A DNA stretch of 64,000 nt, from assembly GCA_973895155.1 (NCBI GenBank), contig OZ316898.1, positions 2,852,480 through 2,916,479 on the forward strand. Direction: 5' to 3'. Under the pieces are notes generated by a model. That model saw nothing but the letters and a program-made list of their open reading frames with translations. It had not been told where the DNA came from and did not search any database. The stretch's first letter is position 1. Each line of letters opens with the position of its first letter. The stretch is from Marsupella aquatica. Its lineage: Eukaryota; Plantae; Marchantiophyta. A program made the position numbers and the translations under genes. Of the stretch, positions 59,445-64,000 are shown piece by piece.

Positions 59445-61304
59445 ATGGTGGCTCTGTTCGGAAGTAGCTCTGCAAGTCCGGCCAAAGGGCACGAGGAGTA
59501 CCGCCTTGTATCATCCGTGGCTTCCGAAGCCATGGGAATCGGAAAGAGCTCGGAGGTGCTGACGGTTCTGGGAGGGAAAGCTTCATGTCGCCGCAAGTTC
59601 GTCCTCAACGTGCACCTCGTTGACGAGCACGGTAACTTGGTGTCGCGGGACCTCGCCGTTGTGGCCTCTGTGGCCTACGCGCATGATCACAGCCCTGTTG
59701 TTCGGGACGAGAAGCCATTCCTGGCAGAGCCACCACTGTTCACCACATTCAACGGTGTAGAATTCCCGGCCCAAGATCGTCCAACTCGCATGGTCTCAGG
59801 AAGGGCATCCTTCAAGCTCGCCATATCCCTCCTCTCCTCCAAATGCGACAATCGGCTTTTCTGCATCTGCTTCACGCCTCAGACTGCCACTGGCGACGTC
59901 ATTCCCATTAGCGCGCCCTGCTACTCCAAACCCATTCGCAGCATCTCTCGAAAAAGAACACAATCCTCCTCCGCTCATGCAGCTTCTCCACCGCCCCAGT
60001 TACTCCTCACAGGTTTGGAAACATCTCTTCCCACAACGTCCTCAGCAACACGAGGAGGACAGTACACCAACAATGCCAACCACAATGCAAGTTGCAGATT
60101 CATTCCGTCCGATAGTGGACTCCTTGGCGGCACAAAGTTTGGTGCTTCGCCATCGACGAGCAGTGAGAATGATGATGCTGAGGGCGCCGCATCACCTGGC
60201 GGTACAGCGAACCTACAATGCTCTTCCCGTTCCAGTTCTGTCACCAGCATGCACTACCTATCTCCCACGTCTGCTGCAGGATTAGCAGGAATGCTGAATG
60301 ACGTCGAAGCTGGATGCAAAGCTGGATGTAAAGGAGGAGGAGGAGGAGGCACACTAGTACTACATGAATCGCCTGCATTGGCGCATTCCAACGGGAACGG
60401 CTTGTCGGTGGCACCGGGACGAGCAGGAGGAGGACTGGAGAGATTCATCGAAATGGACCCTACGAGTGGGAGCACAACTGGCGGTATGGCATCCGTGTCC
60501 TGCAGCCCTGTTTCTTCCACTCCTCTTGCCAACAACAAATCCTGCAGCGAGAGCATGAAAGTCACCCTCAGTCCACCCTGCTCACTGTCACTTCGCTTGT
60601 CTCCGTCAGATTCGGGCAGCCCGACCTCTGGTGCTCTTACGTCCGAGAGTAGCTACGACAACAAGCAGCCGCAGCAGCTAAAGGACCATCCAGCTGCAAC
60701 CGCACGCCCGCAGTCTTCGCCGCTCGCTGTAGGAAGCTCCCGCCCATCGTTCAATGCACCAAATTTCCCGCACACTGCTAACGCTCGTCCGTTCCGTCCT
60801 TTCGCCACCGTGGGACCTTGCAAAGTCCTAACGGCCTCGGACTTCCAGTTGGGAAATGGCATTTCCCTTGCAACCCAGTCTGCGAGGCGTTGCAGTGACG
60901 GCGCAGGCAGCCAGGCTGCTTCCACGAACACCCTGCTTGAGAGAGTGCACCAGCTGCGTGAAGTTTCGCCCGCAGGCAGCCAGCAGCAGCAGCAGCAGCA
61001 GGCAAATGGTAAGGTGGACTCCGTGCTACACAGCTTCACGTTGGGAACCGAAGTGAGGAGCAGCAGCAGCAATGCGGACGACAAGTTCAATTCTACGTTG
61101 ACAGAGATATCCCTGGAAGAAGAAGAGAAGTCGCTCCAATACATTGAAGTGAGTCTTCAAGAGGTTAGCCGAGAGGTGCAACGCCGGATGGAAGAGCTGC
61201 GTTCCAAGCGAAGGAGACTATTGGAGGACGAGGCGCGAATGCACTCCATCATTTTCCAGTCCGCTTCGTGGATTGAAAGTTTGAGTGGACGATACAGCCT
61301 CTGA
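59445..61304 (+). CDS. Intronless 619-aa protein with an N-terminal CudA/STAT-like domain homologous to the central region of plant SH2-domain proteins (SHA/SHB), a long Ser/Gly-rich disordered region and a C-terminal coiled coil; putative transcription factor
   Basis: Long uninterrupted ORF. Motifs GGKASCRRKFVLNVHL, VVASVAYA, EPPLFTTFNGVEFPAQDRP, GRASFKLAISLLSSKCDNRLFCI and IRSISR parallel the Arabidopsis SH2-domain protein region as I recall it. Basic NLS-like SRKR and SKRRR segments are present. Confidence 0.85.
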   Translation: MVALFGSSSASPAKGHEEYRLVSSVASEAMGIGKSSEVLTVLGGKASCRRKFVLNVHLVDEHGNLVSRDLAVVASVAYAHDHSPVVRDEKPFLAEPPLFTTFNGVEFPAQDRPTRMVSGRASFKLAISLLSSKCDNRLFCICFTPQTATGDVIPISAPCYSKPIRSISRKRTQSSSAHAASPPPQLLLTGLETSLPTTSSATRGGQYTNNANHNASCRFIPSDSGLLGGTKFGASPSTSSENDDAEGAASPGGTANLQCSSRSSSVTSMHYLSPTSAAGLAGMLNDVEAGCKAGCKGGGGGGTLVLHESPALAHSNGNGLSVAPGRAGGGLERFIEMDPTSGSTTGGMASVSCSPVSSTPLANNKSCSESMKVTLSPPCSLSLRLSPSDSGSPTSGALTSESSYDNKQPQQLKDHPAATARPQSSPLAVGSSRPSFNAPNFPHTANARPFRPFATVGPCKVLTASDFQLGNGISLATQSARRCSDGAGSQAASTNTLLERVHQLREVSPAGSQQQQQQQANGKVDSVLHSFTLGTEVRSSSSNADDKFNSTLTEISLEEEEKSLQYIEVSLQEVSREVQRRMEELRSKRRRLLEDEARMHSIIFQSASWIESLSGRYSL

Positions 61305-62559
61305 TTATGTGTTTCAATTATTCCAATGACTTATGTAGTATATTCTATCAAATCAAATCAAATCAACTGACTCAATTCAATTTTACCTTAGCTTACGAGG
61401 AGTCGTTAATGGATTAGAGTCGATAAATCTTCAGAGGTCAGATATCGATAATCTTCCTCATCCAAATGTCGTCTATTTCACACATTGCGATGCAACTCCC
61501 TCAAACAAGAGAATCATTATTTTGTCGACTCGGGGAAACACCTCATGAACACTTTCTTCGTTGCCTTTCTCATCTCCACAACTTGTCTGGCTTCAACTTG
61601 TCGATCATGCAGTGTCTCTTGTCACTGAATTGTTGGATGACTTTTGGTCGAATTACGGTCCTCGAGATAGACAGACCATTCAGACTTATGAAATGCTCAG
61701 CCGATCTTTCAATTTTCTTCTTTTAGGGGGCAGGGATGGTTATGTAAGTTCTACCCATTTCTACTCACGCGACGAACGACTGGCCACGACCTCAGGCAGA
61801 CACCGTCGTCAATTTCCCGTGCTTAAGGGAGATGGTTATCTGAGCACAAGTTCTACCCATTTCTGGCTGGATTTGATAGATGGTCAAAGTGCAAGGTGCC
61901 GCAGCTTGGAGGTCGAGAGATCCACAGACTTCTTGTGAGAAAAAGCTGGTTTCAAAAACCTAAGCTCATTCAACATTTGGAAATGGTCACAATAGTTCAA
62001 GTTCCGGATTTGGTTGCACTTTCTCCTGATGAAATTTGAATTAAAAGGGGACTTCCAAACAATTGCCCCAACACATCAAATCTTCTTTGGGCAGAGTATT
62101 CAACAGGTGGTCTATTCTATTATTTACTCCTGCGTGAGGGACACTTCATCTCCCAGCCTACTCATACAAAATCCTACCGCCCTGACACTAGGTGACAGTG
62201 TTCGAGAAAGGACCAAAAGACCTCAATTATAGGACAACCACTGATTTCATCTAGGGCCACTTTACGGACAGATAACTCTTTATTTTCTCCGGGCCCAGGA
62301 CCGATGAACAAACCAAGGCTGTCAATAGAGACAATGATGAGTCATGTCCTTCGTTCACATGAATATCCCAACTTCGGTTTCCGGTTTCACTGCATTGACA
62401 GGGAATCATACTGACTGTGAGACTTGAGTTCATATGAGCTCATTATTCATTGTCTACCATCGCGTAGGAGCGACAGAAAATGTGAGATGGGTCATTTCGA
62501 TCCCCACATCCTCTTCCTAAGAATTGCAATTCTAGGGAGCAAAACAGAGAGTTGCAGCT

Positions 62560-64000
62560 TACCTGGGAATCACAGAGGCACGGAACATTGGGCAGACCCA
62601 CGTCGGTGCTTGGGAGTTCGGTTCTTCCAATGTGAGATAAAAGTCATCACCACCAACTAGATGAATGGTATATTGTAAACAGCTTACCTACGGGAAACCA
62701 CAATTATATAAGGGATGTCTGTTAAGGTCCCTTGAGAGTGTCTTCATCCCAAATCAGCAACTCTAAAAACGAAGATACGTTGTGAATAGAATTAGTCCAG
62801 GGAACCCAGAGAGGAGAGAACAGACCTGCTTTGTTTCCTTGTAGATGGTTTGGATTGAGGGGAAGTTTTCGGAGTCTCGTCCTTTAATCTGCCAAGCATG
62901 GTACCTGGTTAAGGAAGCATTAAGATAAGCATTTAGAAAACATTTCCGCATTATCTTGCATGATTTTCTTTGTTCCTGCCATCGACAGGGACATTATCGA
63001 GTCTTTCTTTTGTAAGAATATGACTGACAAGCCAAAGTTCCCACGGTAAGCATATCGTTTTGTTTAGCCTATCCACTCTAATCCACCATCGCAAACCCCA
63101 AAATGCAGTTGAAACTTGTCACAAGTCAATGCAAGAGAGGTAAACCCTAAGTCATCAATCCATGGAAGAATTGGACATTGAAGGAACTGAATCCTTCATA
63201 TAGAAGGTACTCCATATTTTAGTACCTTCTGAGTTTCTCGTGTCACTGATCCAAGAGCTTTTACGAAAACCTCTGCGAGGAGCTCAGTCAGAGAATGGCT
63301 CCGAAATAGGAGGGCCTTCGTTTGGCAGGTCCACTCCAGCTTGTCGCGAGCTATTGTGCTGATGGTTTCGTGTTTAGTCTCTCCCATTTGAATTTGACCT
63401 TCCAGCTTGTGCCTCTCCAGATTTTTCTGATGAAAGACGAGGACTGAAAGAATAAGCTCAGAATAAGCGCGCGCAATAATAGATCAAAATCCAGGCGAAA
63501 GGTTAGCTTAAGCATGGTTGAGAGAACTAGGCTCACAAACGAATAGGTAGGATTGAAATGATCGTCGCTCCTCTGTTCCAGGCTTGCAACGCACAGAACT
63601 TCCTTTTTTAAATTCTCCAGAATCAACGTACTCTGTTCCAACAGTAAGGGGAAATCTGGTTAGAATTGGGCGACTAGTGTTGGGATGAAAATAAAACAGA
63701 GCGCATTGGATCTCATACGAAGAACAGGCCACTTACAGCCCAATGGAACAGCCATCACATGCAAGTAAATGAAGACCACCTCACTAGTTTCAAATTATCA
63801 CTCACAAGGGAGCTTGACTTATTAGACTCTCAACTACCAGATGTCGTCGCCACCCATGAGAACTACAATCTAAAACAAAACAAGAAACTAAATCAGACAC
63901 TAACAGAGAAATGGGAAAACCGTCACATCTCAAGTAACGTTTAAGACCAGCTAGGATCTTCAAATCATGAGTGGCAATGGAGCTGAATTTCAATGAGCTC
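62560..64000 (-). other. Probable 3' exons of a spliced minus-strand gene entering from beyond the window; product unknown
   Basis: Exon-like blocks with AG/GT ends at 63655-63537, 63443-63226 and about 62903-62825, plus further GTAAG donors near 63736, 62686 and 62562. The reading frame is ambiguous. Confidence 0.3.

Noticed and set aside
60254-61144. Minus-strand ORFs with a poly-Cys run
   Set aside because: Antisense of the CAG (polyQ) and low-complexity part of the 619-aa gene.

Overview
Plant nuclear DNA, probably from a non-seed land plant (bryophyte-like; inferred, not proven), with sparse genes and many transposons. There are three intact protein-coding genes: TRM61 (tRNA m1A58 methyltransferase catalytic subunit, 3 exons, minus strand), trifunctional UDP-rhamnose synthase RHM (2 coding exons, minus strand), and an intronless 619-aa ORF carrying the CudA/STAT-like central domain of plant SH2-domain proteins but no SH2 domain. 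Decayed genes include an intron-containing psbO pseudogene with many small deletions and an unidentified multi-exon pseudogene at about 28.3-34.8 kb. Mobile DNA comprises two full-length Tnt1-like Ty1/copia elements (36412-44290 and 45906-52779), a solo LTR of the same family, a Tourist/PIF MITE, several foldback elements and truncated LINE tails. An old inverted duplication occupies the first 5 kb. The most notable observation is that both diverged copia elements have an in-frame TGA at the same position between gag and protease, within codon-conserved sequence, which suggests gag-pol stop-codon readthrough. They also share a long leader with conserved splice signals around a variable cargo region. 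All alignments were made by eye.
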